Source of the DNA: Candidatus Nanopelagicales bacterium
Lineage (GTDB): Bacteria > Actinomycetota > Actinomycetes > Nanopelagicales > Nanopelagicaceae
Assembly: GCA_041311445.1 (NCBI GenBank)
Contig: JBFYJK010000085.1
Coordinates: 1 to 47,304 of the forward strand
DNA length: 47,304 nucleotides
Reading direction: 5' to 3'
Every line of letters begins with the position of its first letter. Position 1 is the first letter of the stretch. Shown in pieces: positions 28,252-38,785 of the stretch. The notes beneath the pieces were generated by a model. It saw nothing but the letters and a program-made list of their open reading frames with translations, did no database searches and was not told the DNA's origin. The translations under genes and the position numbers were made by a program.

Positions 28252-29819
28252 AGAGGAATGTTTCCGTGCTTGCGTGGAGGCAATGAATCGCGCTTGGTCT
28301 TCAAGGTGCGTAGTACCTTTGTAATGTATTCTCGTGATTGATTTGGCTCAATAACTGCATCAACGATGCCGCGTTCTGCTGCGTTATAAGGGTTCGCAAG
28401 AGATTCGTTGTATTCAGCAACCAACTGTGCACGAAGTGCTTCAGGATCTTTCGCTTCAGCAATCTCTTTGCGATAAAGAATATTTACAGCGCCTTGTCCG
28501 CCCATAACTGCAATTTCAGCAGTTGGCCAAGCGAAGACAACGTCGCCACCGATCTGCTTAGAACCCATAACAATGTAAGCGCCGCCATATGCCTTGCGAG
28601 TTACAAGTGTTACTAGAGGAACTGTTGCTTCGGCGTACGCATAAAGAAGCTTTGCGCCACGGCGAATAATTCCGTCCCATTCCTGTTCGGTGCCAGGTAG
28701 GAATCCTGGTACATCTACCAAAGTAATAATTGGAATATTAAATGCATCGCAGAAACGTAAGAATCGCGCTGCTTTTTCGGAAGAATCAATATCTAGCGTT
28801 CCAGCTAATTGCTGTGGCTGGTTCGCGATGATTCCTACAGTTTCACCTTCAATACGTCCGTATCCAACAATGATATTCGGCGCGAAGTTTGCATGAATCT
28901 CTAGGAATTCGCCTTCATCAACTAGCGCATGGATAACTGTCTTCATGTCATAAGGCTGATTTGGTGAATCTGGAATCAAAGTATCAAGCGCAGTGTCAGT
29001 TGCCTTACGCGCCAGAGTTTCAGTGGCTGGAAGATGCGGTGCACCATCCATATTGTTACTTGGAAGATAAGAGAGGAGCGCTTTCACATAATCAATTGCG
29101 TCTTCTTCGGAATCAGCTAAGTAATGAGCATTACCAGTCTTGGTTGCGTGTGTATGAGCGCCACCAAGTTCTTCCATACCAACTTCTTCGCCGGTTACAG
29201 TCTTGATTACATCCGGGCCAGTAATAAACATGTATGACTTCTCGTTAACCATGACTGTGAAGTCAGTTAGCGCAGGAGAGTAAGCCGCACCACCTGCACA
29301 TGGACCGAGAATCAAAGAAATCTGTGGGATCACGCCAGAGGCGCGAGTATTTAATCTAAAGATATGGCCATATCCACCAAGCGCTTGAACGCCTTCTTGA
29401 ATTCGAGCTCCACCTGAATCGTTAATGCCGATCAATGGCACACCATTCTTAAGTGCGAACTCCATGATCTTCTTGATCTTTTCAGCCATAACTTCGCCGA
29501 GAGAACCACCGAAAATTGTGAAGTCTTGAGAGTAAACCGCAACGCTTCGACCATCGATAGTTCCGAAACCAATTACAACGCCATCGCCGTAAGGTCGGTT
29601 CTTCTCCATGCCAAATGAATATGAACGATGGCGAGCGAACTCATCCATCTCCTGGAAAGAGCCTTCATCAAGAAGTAGCGCAATACGTTCGCGCGCAGTC
29701 AGCTTGCCTTTTGCATGTTGCTTGGTTACCGCAGTTTCAGATGCGGCGTGTACCGCCTCATCCAAACGGGCGCGTAAATCTTCAATCTTGCCGGCTGTGG
29801 TTTTCAGATCCTTGCTCAT
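28248..29819 (-). CDS. acyl-CoA (propionyl/acetyl-CoA) carboxylase beta subunit, carboxyltransferase
   Basis: 523 aa with tandem crotonase-like carboxyltransferase domains ([35 protein letters not shown]). Confidence 0.95.
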   Translation of the reverse strand: MSKDLKTTAGKIEDLRARLDEAVHAASETAVTKQHAKGKLTARERIALLLDEGSFQEMDEFARHRSYSFGMEKNRPYGDGVVIGFGTIDGRSVAVYSQDFTIFGGSLGEVMAEKIKKIMEFALKNGVPLIGINDSGGARIQEGVQALGGYGHIFRLNTRASGVIPQISLILGPCAGGAAYSPALTDFTVMVNEKSYMFITGPDVIKTVTGEEVGMEELGGAHTHATKTGNAHYLADSEEDAIDYVKALLSYLPSNNMDGAPHLPATETLARKATDTALDTLIPDSPNQPYDMKTVIHALVDEGEFLEIHANFAPNIIVGYGRIEGETVGIIANQPQQLAGTLDIDSSEKAARFLRFCDAFNIPIITLVDVPGFLPGTEQEWDGIIRRGAKLLYAYAEATVPLVTLVTRKAYGGAYIVMGSKQIGGDVVFAWPTAEIAVMGGQGAVNILYRKEIAEAKDPEALRAQLVAEYNESLANPYNAAERGIVDAVIEPNQSREYITKVLRTLKTKRDSLPPRKHGNIPL

Positions 29820-29824
29820 GGGCT

Positions 29825-29831
29825 TACCGTA
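29825..29831. promoter_or_regulatory. palindromic TACCGTA giving a TANNNT hexamer on both strands (pccB-like / birA divergent pair)
   Basis: On the plus strand, TACCGT is followed by 7 nt and GTG 29838. On the minus strand, TACGGT is followed by 6 nt and ATG 29819. The whole intergenic spacer is 18 bp. The match to the consensus is weak. Confidence 0.25.
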
Positions 29832-29837
29832 CCTGCT

Positions 29838-30551
29838 GTGGGTATCGAAGGTCTAAGGCTCGAGCAGATAAATCAAAAAGTTGCGCAGTACTGGTCAGTA
29901 AGCGTGACGGAAGAAACTTCCTCAACCCAAATTGATTTGGCCAATAATTTCAAAGTCGGAAATGTTTTGGTCGCTGAATATCAAAGCGCTGGCCGTGGTC
30001 GCTTGGATAGAAAATTTGAAGTACCACCGCGCAAAGGTTTAACTTTTTCATTCTGCATTGATGCGCAAGAAGACTTGGGTTGGATTCCGCTAATTACAGG
30101 TCTTGCAGTTTCAAATGCAATCAATAAATATTTCAATCAGAACTTAACGTCAGTTAAATGGCCGAATGATTTACTAGTAAATGGCAAGAAGTTGGCTGGC
30201 ATATTAAGTGAGAGAAATTCAAACGGAGTCATAGTTGGAGTAGGAATAAATATTTTTCAAACTCAAGAGGAACTTCCAATTGAAAACGCCGTATCGCTCT
30301 CAATGTTTGGCGAAGTAGACCGAAGCGAATTGCTAATTTCAATTTTGAATGAATTGGGTGTCGCGTTATCTAATTTAGCTCAGCATAAGAATGAATACCG
30401 CTCAAAATGTGCAACTCTAGGTATGAAAGTCAGGGCCACTTTGCCAAGCGGTGAAGTTATTGAAGATGAGGCAATTGCCATTTCAGATGACGGCGCTTTA
30501 CTGCTTAAGAACCGTGAAATTAGTGTCGGCGATATTCTCCATTTAAGATAG
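29838..30551 (+). CDS. birA: biotin--[acetyl-CoA-carboxylase] ligase, group I (no DNA-binding domain)
   Basis: 237 aa. Biotinyl-AMP loop GRGRLDRKF and [17 protein letters not shown]. It is too short to carry an N-terminal winged-helix domain. GTG start. Confidence 0.88.
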   Translation: MGIEGLRLEQINQKVAQYWSVSVTEETSSTQIDLANNFKVGNVLVAEYQSAGRGRLDRKFEVPPRKGLTFSFCIDAQEDLGWIPLITGLAVSNAINKYFNQNLTSVKWPNDLLVNGKKLAGILSERNSNGVIVGVGINIFQTQEELPIENAVSLSMFGEVDRSELLISILNELGVALSNLAQHKNEYRSKCATLGMKVRATLPSGEVIEDEAIAISDDGALLLKNREISVGDILHLR

Positions 30552-30555
30552 CCAA

Positions 30556-31662
30556 GTGAAAAACTTTCCACGCGTTGGTGTAATTGGCTCAGGCCAATTA
30601 GCCCAGATGACGCTGGCACCTGCTGCGGCGCTTGGAATTGATTTCGTAACACTTGCAAATTCATCAAATGATTCAGCGGCGCAAAGTTCTCCACATGTAG
30701 TTGGCGACTTCAAGGATATTAATACTGTTCGCGCATTTGCGAAAAACTGTGACATTCTCACTTTTGAACATGAGTTAATTCCACTATCTATCGTCAAAAC
30801 CTTAGAAGCGGAAGGTATTAAGTTCTCACCATCTTCAAGTGCTTTTCAGTACTCTCAAGACAAAGCGCTAATGCGTGAAAAACTTGCTCACTTGCCTAAT
30901 CCAAAGTGGTGCGTAGTTACAGAAGCAATCGATTGGGAATATCCAGCAATTGCTAAGGCTATTTCAGGCGGATATGACGGGCGTGGAGTTTGGAAGCTCG
31001 AATCGAAATCAGATTTAGAGAAGTTACTCAAAGAAGTCCCAAAATTAATTTTAGAAGAGTTGGTTGACTTCGATTTTGAAATTGCAGTAATGGTTGCGCG
31101 ATCTCCGCACGGTCAGGGGGCAAGTTGGGCGCCAACGCGAACCGTTCAACGAGATGGCATTTGCATCGAAACAGTTACGCCTGTTCCAGAATTTAATGAG
31201 AGCCAATCTCAAGCAGCGCAAGATTTGGCGCTAAAGATTGCAGATGAAATTGGTTTAGTTGGTGTCATGGCTGTAGAGATGTTTGTTAAGGGCGATCAAC
31301 TTCTGATTAATGAATTAGCGCTACGACCACATAACTCTGGCCACTGGACAATCGAAGGTTCAGTTACAAGTCAGTTCGAACAACATTTACGTGCAATCCT
31401 CGACCTGCCATTGGGAGATACCTCAATGACCGCAAAGTGGGCAGTGATGGGAAATGTTCTCGGCGGCAGCAAAGAGGATATGTACCGCCCATATCTTCAT
31501 TTAATGGCGCGTACGCCTGCGCTTAAGTTTCATCAATATCGTAAGGAGGTACGTCCAGGTCGCAAGATTGGCCACGTAACTATTACCGGAGATGACCTCG
31601 TAGAATTACGCCAAGAAGTCGAACACGCACTTGCATATATGAGCGGAGAGATTGATGAGTGA
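30556..31662 (+). CDS. purK: 5-(carboxyamino)imidazole ribonucleotide synthase
   Basis: 368 aa ATP-grasp protein. N-terminus [12 protein letters not shown], plus [14 protein letters not shown] and the C-terminal GRKIGHVT. Confidence 0.93.
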   Translation: MKNFPRVGVIGSGQLAQMTLAPAAALGIDFVTLANSSNDSAAQSSPHVVGDFKDINTVRAFAKNCDILTFEHELIPLSIVKTLEAEGIKFSPSSSAFQYSQDKALMREKLAHLPNPKWCVVTEAIDWEYPAIAKAISGGYDGRGVWKLESKSDLEKLLKEVPKLILEELVDFDFEIAVMVARSPHGQGASWAPTRTVQRDGICIETVTPVPEFNESQSQAAQDLALKIADEIGLVGVMAVEMFVKGDQLLINELALRPHNSGHWTIEGSVTSQFEQHLRAILDLPLGDTSMTAKWAVMGNVLGGSKEDMYRPYLHLMARTPALKFHQYRKEVRPGRKIGHVTITGDDLVELRQEVEHALAYMSGEIDE

Positions 31663-32161
31663 TGTAGCAATCATCATGGGTTCAGATTCAGATTGGCCGA
31701 CCATGGAAGGCGCTGCCACCGTATTAGAAGAATTTGGAATCTCTTACACGGCTGAAGTCGTTTCTGCTCATCGCATGCCTGAAGAGATGGCGGATTTTGC
31801 GAAGAACGCTACAAAGAGTGGATATAAAGTAATTATCGCTGGCGCTGGCGGTGCCGCACATTTACCAGGAATGGTTGCATCATTAACGGCGCTTCCTGTC
31901 ATTGGCGTTCCAGTTCCTCTAGCTAACTTAGAAGGAATGGATTCACTTCTATCAATCGTGCAAATGCCTGCAGGCATTCCCGTGGCAACTGTTGGAATCG
32001 GAAATGCAAAGAACGCCGGAATCTTGGCAGCACGTATTTTGGCGACAGCTGATAGCGCGTTACTCGCAAAAGTAGAGTCAGCTATGCAGAAATTAAATGA
32101 AGAAGCTAAAGCAAAAGGCGCAGCGCTTAAAGCGCGACGCAACCAAAAGACTGGTTTCTAA
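31655..32161 (+). CDS. purE: N5-carboxyaminoimidazole ribonucleotide mutase
   Basis: Motifs IIMGSDSDW and [13 protein letters not shown] 31655 overlaps the purK stop. The ORF-track TTG 31652 is one codon upstream. Confidence 0.95.
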   Translation: MSDVAIIMGSDSDWPTMEGAATVLEEFGISYTAEVVSAHRMPEEMADFAKNATKSGYKVIIAGAGGAAHLPGMVASLTALPVIGVPVPLANLEGMDSLLSIVQMPAGIPVATVGIGNAKNAGILAARILATADSALLAKVESAMQKLNEEAKAKGAALKARRNQKTGF

Positions 32162-32556
32162 CGTTTCTTATATTCAATAGCAGGGCAGCGATCCATAATC
32201 GCAATCAACCCTGCTGCTTCAGCTCTAGCAACAGCAGCTTCATCAATAACATCTAATTGCAACCAGACTGCTTTTGCACCGATAGCAATTGCTTCATCGA
32301 CAACTTTGCCAACTAAATTGGCATTAACAAAACAATCAACGACATCAACTTCAAAAGGAATTTCTGAGAGCGTTTTGTATCCAGTTTCACCATGAACTAT
32401 TTCAGCTCTTGGATATATAGGGACTATTCGGTGACCTTTATCTTGCAATAACTTTGAAACGCCGAAAGCAGCACGATCTGGGTTATTACCTAGACCAACA
32501 ATTGCCCAAGTCTTTAACTTTAAAACCTGGTCAATTGTTTCGTCAGTGAATCCCAT
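32158..32556 (-). CDS. CoA-binding domain protein (YccU/YneT-like)
   Basis: 132 aa containing [33 protein letters not shown], a Rossmann-like CoA-binding fold. Confidence 0.8.
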   Translation of the reverse strand: MGFTDETIDQVLKLKTWAIVGLGNNPDRAAFGVSKLLQDKGHRIVPIYPRAEIVHGETGYKTLSEIPFEVDVVDCFVNANLVGKVVDEAIAIGAKAVWLQLDVIDEAAVARAEAAGLIAIMDRCPAIEYKKR

Positions 32557-32563
32557 TTGAGAT

Positions 32564-33856
32564 TTATGCTCGACCTAAAGCGTGGAAATCCCAGCCGGCA
32601 GCGCGCCACTTATCGCGATCCAACATATTGCGACCATCAAGGATCTTTGCCTGCTTCACTAATTTCTTAATTGCAGCAGGATCTAGTTCGCGATACTCCT
32701 TCCACTCTGTTAAGTGGAGGATTAAGTCAGCACCCGCTACGCAATCTTCGATTTTTTCAGCGAAGTTGAGCGCAGGAAAACGCTTACGAGCAGGTTCGAT
32801 GCCCTTAGGGTCATGAATAGTTACTTGCGCGCCTGCAGCATGAATCTGTGCGGCAATATCAAGTGCAGGGGAGTCACGAACGTCATCTGAATCAGGCTTA
32901 AATGTTGCACCAAGCACGGCGATCTTAAATGACTTAAGGTCTAGGCCAAGTTCTTTTTCAACCACGTTAATCACGCGCTTACGTGCACGTAAGTTAATTG
33001 CATCAATATCTTTTAAGAATTCAACTGCTTGAGATGCACCAAGTTCCTCTGCGCGGGCCATAAATGCGCGGATATCTTTAGGTAAGCAACCGCCACCAAA
33101 ACCAATACCTGCCTGCAAGAAACGATTGCCGATACGTGGGTCATAGCCAATCGCTTTAGCTAGAACAGTTACATCGCCGCCAGCAGTTTCGCAGATTTCA
33201 GCCATCGCATTAATAAATGAAATCTTGGTTGCAAGGAATGAGTTTGCTGAAACTTTAACAAGCTCTGCAGTTGGAAGGTTTGCACGAACCCAAGGTGTGC
33301 CTTCTTGTAAGTTGACTGCATAAACTTGCTTTAACAACTCTTCTGCGCGATCAGAGGTCACACCAATTACCAAACGGTTAGGGCGCAGAGTATCTTCAAC
33401 TGCGAAACCTTCACGCAGGAATTCTGGGTTCCAAGCTAATTCGGTATGAGCAGGAATGGTCTTTGAAAGCTCTTCAGCAGTTCCAACTGGAACAGTTGAT
33501 TTACCAACTAGAAGTGAACCTGGTTTAGCTACAGCAGCAACTGCTGCAAATGCGCTCTTTACATAACTTAAATCAGCAGCAAGTCCATCTTTCATCTGCG
33601 GTGTACCAACACAGATGAAGTGAACATCGCAATCTGCGATCTCTGAGTAATCGGTTGTGAACTTTAACTTTCCACCCTGAACGTGCTTAGAGAGAAGTTC
33701 AGGAAGCTCTGGTTCGTAGAAAGGAAGTTCACCGCGAGAGAGCGCTTCAATCTTTGAAGCATCACTATCGATGCCAACTACATCCAAGCCCAATTCCGCC
33801 ATGCAGGCAGCATGGGTAGCGCCTAGATAACCAGTACCAATTACCGAGATTTTCAT
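32564..33856 (-). CDS. ugd: UDP-glucose 6-dehydrogenase
   Basis: ATG 33856 gives the canonical N-terminus MKISVIGTGYLG. The catalytic motif GGGCLPKD is present. The ORF-track GTG 33898 would overlap the LCP gene by 32 nt. Confidence 0.92.
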   Translation of the reverse strand: MKISVIGTGYLGATHAACMAELGLDVVGIDSDASKIEALSRGELPFYEPELPELLSKHVQGGKLKFTTDYSEIADCDVHFICVGTPQMKDGLAADLSYVKSAFAAVAAVAKPGSLLVGKSTVPVGTAEELSKTIPAHTELAWNPEFLREGFAVEDTLRPNRLVIGVTSDRAEELLKQVYAVNLQEGTPWVRANLPTAELVKVSANSFLATKISFINAMAEICETAGGDVTVLAKAIGYDPRIGNRFLQAGIGFGGGCLPKDIRAFMARAEELGASQAVEFLKDIDAINLRARKRVINVVEKELGLDLKSFKIAVLGATFKPDSDDVRDSPALDIAAQIHAAGAQVTIHDPKGIEPARKRFPALNFAEKIEDCVAGADLILHLTEWKEYRELDPAAIKKLVKQAKILDGRNMLDRDKWRAAGWDFHALGRA

Positions 33857-33866
33857 GTTGGGGAGT

Positions 33867-34982
33867 TTAATACTTAACTTGACCGCAAGGGTTTTCACTT
33901 GCGGTAGTTGTTCTAAATTTATCGATCACAGATGGCGATGCAGAAGAGTTCTTCTTGGCACTTGGTGATGGCGATGCCTGGTCTACAACTGGCTGGTCGT
34001 TACGTAGGCGGTTAAATAGCTCAGGAGCCAATGTTTCGTGCCAAATCACAACAGAACCGACACCTGGGGCATACCCGTTTGATGTGCCGAGTGGAATTGT
34101 CATGGTGCGCATCTTGCTTGGAGATAAATTCTTAATCTGTTTAGCCAAGTTAACGATATCGCCTTGGCCAAGAGTCTCATCTGTCTTAACAGTCTTAAAT
34201 ACTGCAGAGATCAAATTCTTCAATTTAAATGGATTCAAGAGAACGCCAGTGCTTGTCGCTTTACGGAAAACTGCAGAGACGAATTGTTGTTGACGTTGCA
34301 TACGTCCGATATCGCCAAGTCCATCGAAATCGCGAGTACGAACATATTTAAGCGCTTCGATGCCATCCAGAGTATGAACGCCGGCAGACATGACCAAGTG
34401 GCTCTTAGGATCGTTAATTGCAACCTTCGAGCAGACTTGAATGCCACCAAGTGCATCGACAACATTCTTAAAGCCAGCAAAGTTAACTTCTACATAGTGA
34501 TCGATGCGAAGGTTTGTTTTCTGTTCGATAGTTTGAATTAGTAATGGAGCGCCACCCCATGCAAATGCAGCATTGATCTTTGATTGCATTTCAGGAACTT
34601 GTGACTTGCCGTCCATTCCGACGTGAGCAGGAATAGTTACCAAGCTATCGCGCGGAATAGAGATGACTACCGCGTTATCGCGAGACTTACTGATGTGAAC
34701 CAACATCATGGTGTCAGAACGTGCGCCAGCTGCGGTCTTTGTAGATCCAACACGAAGCAACTTCAATTCTGCTGCAGATAAACCTTCGCGAGTATCTGAA
34801 CCCACAACCAAGTAATTAACTGCACTAGAAGCGCGTTCTGGTCGGTTAATTAGATTGTCGAAGACGCTAACGCGAGTGATCGCGCCGCTAATCTGACTTA
34901 AACCAGCCCAAGCAACTGCAGATACGAGAACAATGCCAATTGAGGCCCAGGTCAGATATTTGATTGCTTTAGGTGATTTCAC
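33867..34982 (-). CDS. LytR-CpsA-Psr (LCP) family glycopolymer transferase
   Basis: 371 aa. One N-terminal TM helix, then NYLVVGSDTRE, SDTMMLVHI and ISIPRDS. Confidence 0.9.
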   Translation of the reverse strand: MKSPKAIKYLTWASIGIVLVSAVAWAGLSQISGAITRVSVFDNLINRPERASSAVNYLVVGSDTREGLSAAELKLLRVGSTKTAAGARSDTMMLVHISKSRDNAVVISIPRDSLVTIPAHVGMDGKSQVPEMQSKINAAFAWGGAPLLIQTIEQKTNLRIDHYVEVNFAGFKNVVDALGGIQVCSKVAINDPKSHLVMSAGVHTLDGIEALKYVRTRDFDGLGDIGRMQRQQQFVSAVFRKATSTGVLLNPFKLKNLISAVFKTVKTDETLGQGDIVNLAKQIKNLSPSKMRTMTIPLGTSNGYAPGVGSVVIWHETLAPELFNRLRNDQPVVDQASPSPSAKKNSSASPSVIDKFRTTTASENPCGQVKY

Positions 34983-34989
34983 GGGCGAA

Positions 34990-34995
34990 AGCCTA
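34990..34995 (-). promoter_or_regulatory. candidate -10 hexamer TAGGCT for the leaderless LCP gene
   Basis: On the minus strand, TAGGCT is followed by 7 nt (TTCGCCC) and GTG 34982. No SD. Confidence 0.35.
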
Positions 34996-35015
34996 CAAGA
35001 GCGACCTTAACGCGA

Positions 35016-35021
35016 TAGCGT
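35016..35021 (+). promoter_or_regulatory. candidate -10 hexamer TAGCGT for the glycosyltransferase operon
   Basis: TAGCGT is followed by 9 nt and ATG 35031. No SD. The spacing is at the long end of the range. Confidence 0.3.
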
Positions 35022-35030
35022 TTCCCCGTT

Positions 35031-35999
35031 ATGACCGAGGTGACATCCAGCGCAGTCTCAGTAATCCTCCCAGTATTAAACGAAGAGCATTATTTGGCCA
35101 ACGCAGTAAGCGCAATTCTCCGCCAGGATTTCAAAGGCCAGCTCGAAGTAGTTCTGGCAATCGGTCCTTCAAAAGACCGCACTATGCAGATTGCAGAAGG
35201 ACTTGCCGCGGATGATGCGCGAGTAAAGATCGTCGAAAACCCAACTGGCAGAACAGCGGCTGGGTTAAACCTGGCGATTGCCAATTCAAGTTATCCGATT
35301 ATTGTCCGAGTTGATGGACATGCGAATATTCCAAATGATTACATTTCAATTGCAGTGGATTTACTAAATAAAACTGGCGCAGTAAATGTTGGTGGCGTAA
35401 TGGCCGCTGAAGGCCAGACTCCTTTTGAATCCGCAGTCGCAAGTGCAATGCGTAGCCCACTAGGAGTCGGCGCTGCGAAATTCCATACCGGTGGTAGTGC
35501 TGGTGAATCAGACACTGTTTATCTCGGAGTTTTCAAAAGAGAAGCGATAAATGCAATCGGTGGATTTGATGAACATTTCACACGCGCCCAAGATTGGGAA
35601 TTGAATTTCAGACTTCGAAAGAATGGCGGAAAGATCTATTTCGATCCGCGATTAACCGTGACTTATCGCCCACGACGATCATTGGCAGCGCTAGCGAAAC
35701 AGTATTTTGAGTATGGACGCTGGCGCCGCGTGGTTGCTCGCACACATAAGGGAACTATCAACCTTCGTTATTTAGCTCCACCATTTACTGTAATTGGCAC
35801 TCTTGCATCAATAATTGGCGGAATCTTCGCGCCAATTCTTTTCATACCGGCTGCGATTTACGGATCCTTCTTAGCTCTTGCTTCACTCAAAATCGGAAAG
35901 AACTTTAAAGAGCGTTTCTACCTGCCAGCTATCTTGTTTACGATGCATATGAGTTGGGGAGTAGGTTTCATAACCTCTACTCGCCGCTTTGTCAGGTAA
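35031..35999 (+). CDS. family 2 glycosyltransferase with C-terminal membrane helices
   Basis: 322 aa. GT-A N-terminus VSVILPVLNEE, plus RVDGH and the QDWELNFR region, with hydrophobic C-terminal segments. Confidence 0.85.
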   Translation: MTEVTSSAVSVILPVLNEEHYLANAVSAILRQDFKGQLEVVLAIGPSKDRTMQIAEGLAADDARVKIVENPTGRTAAGLNLAIANSSYPIIVRVDGHANIPNDYISIAVDLLNKTGAVNVGGVMAAEGQTPFESAVASAMRSPLGVGAAKFHTGGSAGESDTVYLGVFKREAINAIGGFDEHFTRAQDWELNFRLRKNGGKIYFDPRLTVTYRPRRSLAALAKQYFEYGRWRRVVARTHKGTINLRYLAPPFTVIGTLASIIGGIFAPILFIPAAIYGSFLALASLKIGKNFKERFYLPAILFTMHMSWGVGFITSTRRFVR

Positions 36000-36009
36000 C
36001 CTTTCCCTT

Positions 36010-36846
36010 ATGTCCCAATCGGTAAAGCCAGTAGAGGTTTACGAACCTTTCCGCGCCGGCCTACCTCCACTTGGGCGATATTGGCGCTCGCTATGGGCAC
36101 GCCGCTCATTCATGAACGAATATGCTCGCTCCGAACTCCATGCCAGCCACTATGACTCTGTATTTGGTCAACTCTGGCTAATTCTTAATCCGCTCTTGCT
36201 TTCAGCAATCTATTTCGTTTTGATCAAAATTATTGCAGGCAATGCAGATAGCACTCGCTACGCGCATCTAACTGCAAGTCTCTTCCTCTTTTACTTAGTA
36301 AGTAATGCAATGAATAGCGGAACGCGTTCAGTAACTTCAAGTGAGAGCTTGATTCTAAATACTGCATTTCCAAGAATTGCGCTGCCACTATCAACCACAA
36401 TTGTTGCTCTATTTAAATTCCTGCCAACGATCCCAGTATTTCTTGCAATCAAGTTAATTCTTGGCTTGCCATTTGATTGGAAAATGTTGTGGGGCGGGGT
36501 AGTAGTTTTCGTAGCTTTAGTTTTCGGACTCGGTATTGCAATCTTGATCTCTGCTGCAAACGTTTACATCAGAGATATTGCAAACTTCCTTCCATATTTA
36601 AATCGTATGTTGCTTTATATATCTCCAGTTTTATTTGAAGCTTCAAGTGTTAACGAGAAGTTATCTTTCTTGAAGAATATCAATCCATTCTTTCCAATCC
36701 TTGATTCCTGGTCACGAGTTATGGTTCATAACGAAGCTCTAAATTGGGGCCAAGTAGGACAGGCATCGATTTGGGCATTTGGTACCTTCGCAATCGGTAC
36801 TTATTTATTCTTATCCCGCGAGCGAGAGTTTGCTGTCCGTGTCTAA
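36010..36846 (+). CDS. ABC-2 type polysaccharide/teichoic-acid exporter permease
   Basis: About 6 TM helices with a Wzm/TagG-like organisation. I chose ATG 36010. The ORF-track TTG 35989 is also possible. Confidence 0.85.
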   Translation: MSQSVKPVEVYEPFRAGLPPLGRYWRSLWARRSFMNEYARSELHASHYDSVFGQLWLILNPLLLSAIYFVLIKIIAGNADSTRYAHLTASLFLFYLVSNAMNSGTRSVTSSESLILNTAFPRIALPLSTTIVALFKFLPTIPVFLAIKLILGLPFDWKMLWGGVVVFVALVFGLGIAILISAANVYIRDIANFLPYLNRMLLYISPVLFEASSVNEKLSFLKNINPFFPILDSWSRVMVHNEALNWGQVGQASIWAFGTFAIGTYLFLSREREFAVRV

Positions 36847-37627
36847 TTTACATAACCAAGGCGAATTAGCAGTCTCAGTTCAAAACTTGGGACTGATTTA
36901 TAAGACCACAATCGACAAGAAACTCTCATTAACTAATCGCATTAAGCAATTAGGTCGTGGCACAAAACAGACTCGTGTTGTTAACGCTCTTAACGGAGTT
37001 AATCTAGATATTGATTACGGCAGCGTGCTTGGCGTAGTTGGCGCCAATGGTGCTGGTAAATCAACAATGATGCGCGTTATCAGCGGAATTTTGCCTCCAA
37101 CAACTGGTCGCGTTGAAGTTTATGGAAAAGTTTCAACCTTGTTAGCGCTTGGCGTTGGTTTTAATAAACAGTTAACAGGTCGCGAAAATGTAATTCTGGG
37201 CGGCTTAGCTTCAGGACTTTCACGCGATGAGATCGAATCACATTTCGAAGAGATTGCTGATTTCGCAGAGTTGGGCGATGTAATTGATGCGCCAATGCGT
37301 ACCTATTCATCCGGCATGTATGCACGTTTAGGTTTTGCGGTCGCGGTAACAGTTAAGCCAGATATTTTGATAGTTGATGAAGCGCTAAGCACCGGTGATG
37401 CTCGATTTAAAGAGAAGAGCCTCGCAAAGTTAAAAGAGCTTCGTGGCGATAATCGCGCATTGATTTTGGTTAGCCATGCACTAGGAACAATTCGCGAAGT
37501 ATGTAATGACGTTGCCTGGTTGCATAAAGGCAATTTAATTCAACGTGGTAATCCAGGCGATGTTGTAGATGCATATCAAGATTTCCTTGCAGTTGGAAAG
37601 AGCGCTGTAATTAATGAGGATGTATAA
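36839..37627 (+). CDS. ABC exporter ATP-binding protein (Wzt/TagH/RfbE-like)
   Basis: Walker A GANGAGKST, signature YSSGMYARL and Walker B ILIVDEALS. I chose GTG 36839, which overlaps the permease stop by 8 nt. The ORF-track start 36779 lies deep inside the permease gene. Confidence 0.88.
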   Translation: MSNLHNQGELAVSVQNLGLIYKTTIDKKLSLTNRIKQLGRGTKQTRVVNALNGVNLDIDYGSVLGVVGANGAGKSTMMRVISGILPPTTGRVEVYGKVSTLLALGVGFNKQLTGRENVILGGLASGLSRDEIESHFEEIADFAELGDVIDAPMRTYSSGMYARLGFAVAVTVKPDILIVDEALSTGDARFKEKSLAKLKELRGDNRALILVSHALGTIREVCNDVAWLHKGNLIQRGNPGDVVDAYQDFLAVGKSAVINEDV

Positions 37628-38783
37628 AAGCGCACTTGCGCTACTTCTTTCACTGATCTTTATCTCACCTGCAAGCGCGGTGGAGTCATTTACCTTTACC
37701 GGCAATGGATATGGCCACGGCGTCGGCATGAGTCAAATTGGCGGTAAAGCCATGGCGCTCGAAGGTAAGAGCGCAGAGGAAATTATCAAGTATTACTATT
37801 CCGGAGTTGTTGTCGAACCTGTAGCGGATTGGTTCGACGTTCGAGTAAATATCGGACATCAATTAACCAGCGCTTCAATTTCTTTAGCGAGCAGCGTTGG
37901 ATTTATTGATATCAATGGTTATCAGATTTCAGATAAATCCACGGTGGCCAATTTCAAAATGACCTCAACGGGAATTGTTACGACGATATCTAAATCGAAA
38001 GTCGTGATTTCAACTTTACCTACAGTCAAAGAGATATTAATCCAGTGGAGCGGCACCAGAAACTTGGCCGGAGCTACTGCAGTAGTGGCATTTAATACAG
38101 GCAAATCTCAGCGCTATCAATTTGGTTTCATGAACTTGCTGGTTGTAGGAAAATATTTTGAAGCTACAAATTCATTGAGATTAAAAGACGAATACCTCTA
38201 TGGAATTTCAGAAGTTTCCAGCGCTTGGCCTACTGAAATGTTGAAAGCGCAAGTGATTGCAGCTCGCTCTTATGCGGTAGCTAAAGCCGGCATTTATCGA
38301 CCAAGCTGCGATTGCGATCTATACGGAACCGTGCAAGACCAGTTGTTCGTGGGGTTAGGCAAGTTATCTGAAGCGAAATATGGTGCGCTCTGGAAGGCTG
38401 CTGTTGATTCAACAAACGTTGATGAAGAGAGCGGCTTAACAGCAACCTATATGGGCAATCCGATTAGCGCCTATTACTCATCTTCAACCGGCGGAATGAC
38501 AGAGAGTGCGTACAATGCATTCGGAACTGATGTTGAATATTTGCAACCTGTAGCCGATCCAGTGAGTTTGGATCCAAAGCGAAATCCAAATTATGCGGTT
38601 TGGAAACGCACAGTAAGCGCTGCAATAGTTGCAAAAGCTTTTGGATTATTAGATGTGCAGAAATTAGTAGTAAAAGATAAGCGAATTGAAGCAACTAGCT
38701 TTACCGGCGCTAAAGCATCATTAAGGCTTGAGACATTTAGATCTCGAGCGGGGCTGCCTTCTTCGTTCTTTACTGTTAATTAA
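37614..38783 (+). CDS. SpoIID/LytB domain protein (secreted)
   Basis: 389 aa. Signal peptide ending SPASA/VE, plus GNGYGHGVGMSQIGG and YYSSSTGGMTES. It overlaps the ATPase gene by 14 nt (alternative ATG at 37620). Confidence 0.85.
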   Translation: MRMYKSALALLLSLIFISPASAVESFTFTGNGYGHGVGMSQIGGKAMALEGKSAEEIIKYYYSGVVVEPVADWFDVRVNIGHQLTSASISLASSVGFIDINGYQISDKSTVANFKMTSTGIVTTISKSKVVISTLPTVKEILIQWSGTRNLAGATAVVAFNTGKSQRYQFGFMNLLVVGKYFEATNSLRLKDEYLYGISEVSSAWPTEMLKAQVIAARSYAVAKAGIYRPSCDCDLYGTVQDQLFVGLGKLSEAKYGALWKAAVDSTNVDEESGLTATYMGNPISAYYSSSTGGMTESAYNAFGTDVEYLQPVADPVSLDPKRNPNYAVWKRTVSAAIVAKAFGLLDVQKLVVKDKRIEATSFTGAKASLRLETFRSRAGLPSSFFTVN

Positions 38784-38785
38784 TA

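Noticed and set aside
29608-29935. Plus-strand ORFs of 82 and 106 aa spanning the pccB-like start and the birA start.
   Set aside because: They are antisense to the carboxyltransferase N-terminus or out of frame with birA, and they carry no motifs. The birA frame from GTG 29838 carries the conserved ligase motifs.
33857-33898. Upstream GTG start (33898) for ugd.
   Set aside because: It would overlap the LCP gene by 32 nt and add 14 non-conserved residues. MKISVIGTGYLG at 33856 is the standard N-terminus with the GxGxxG fold at the very start.
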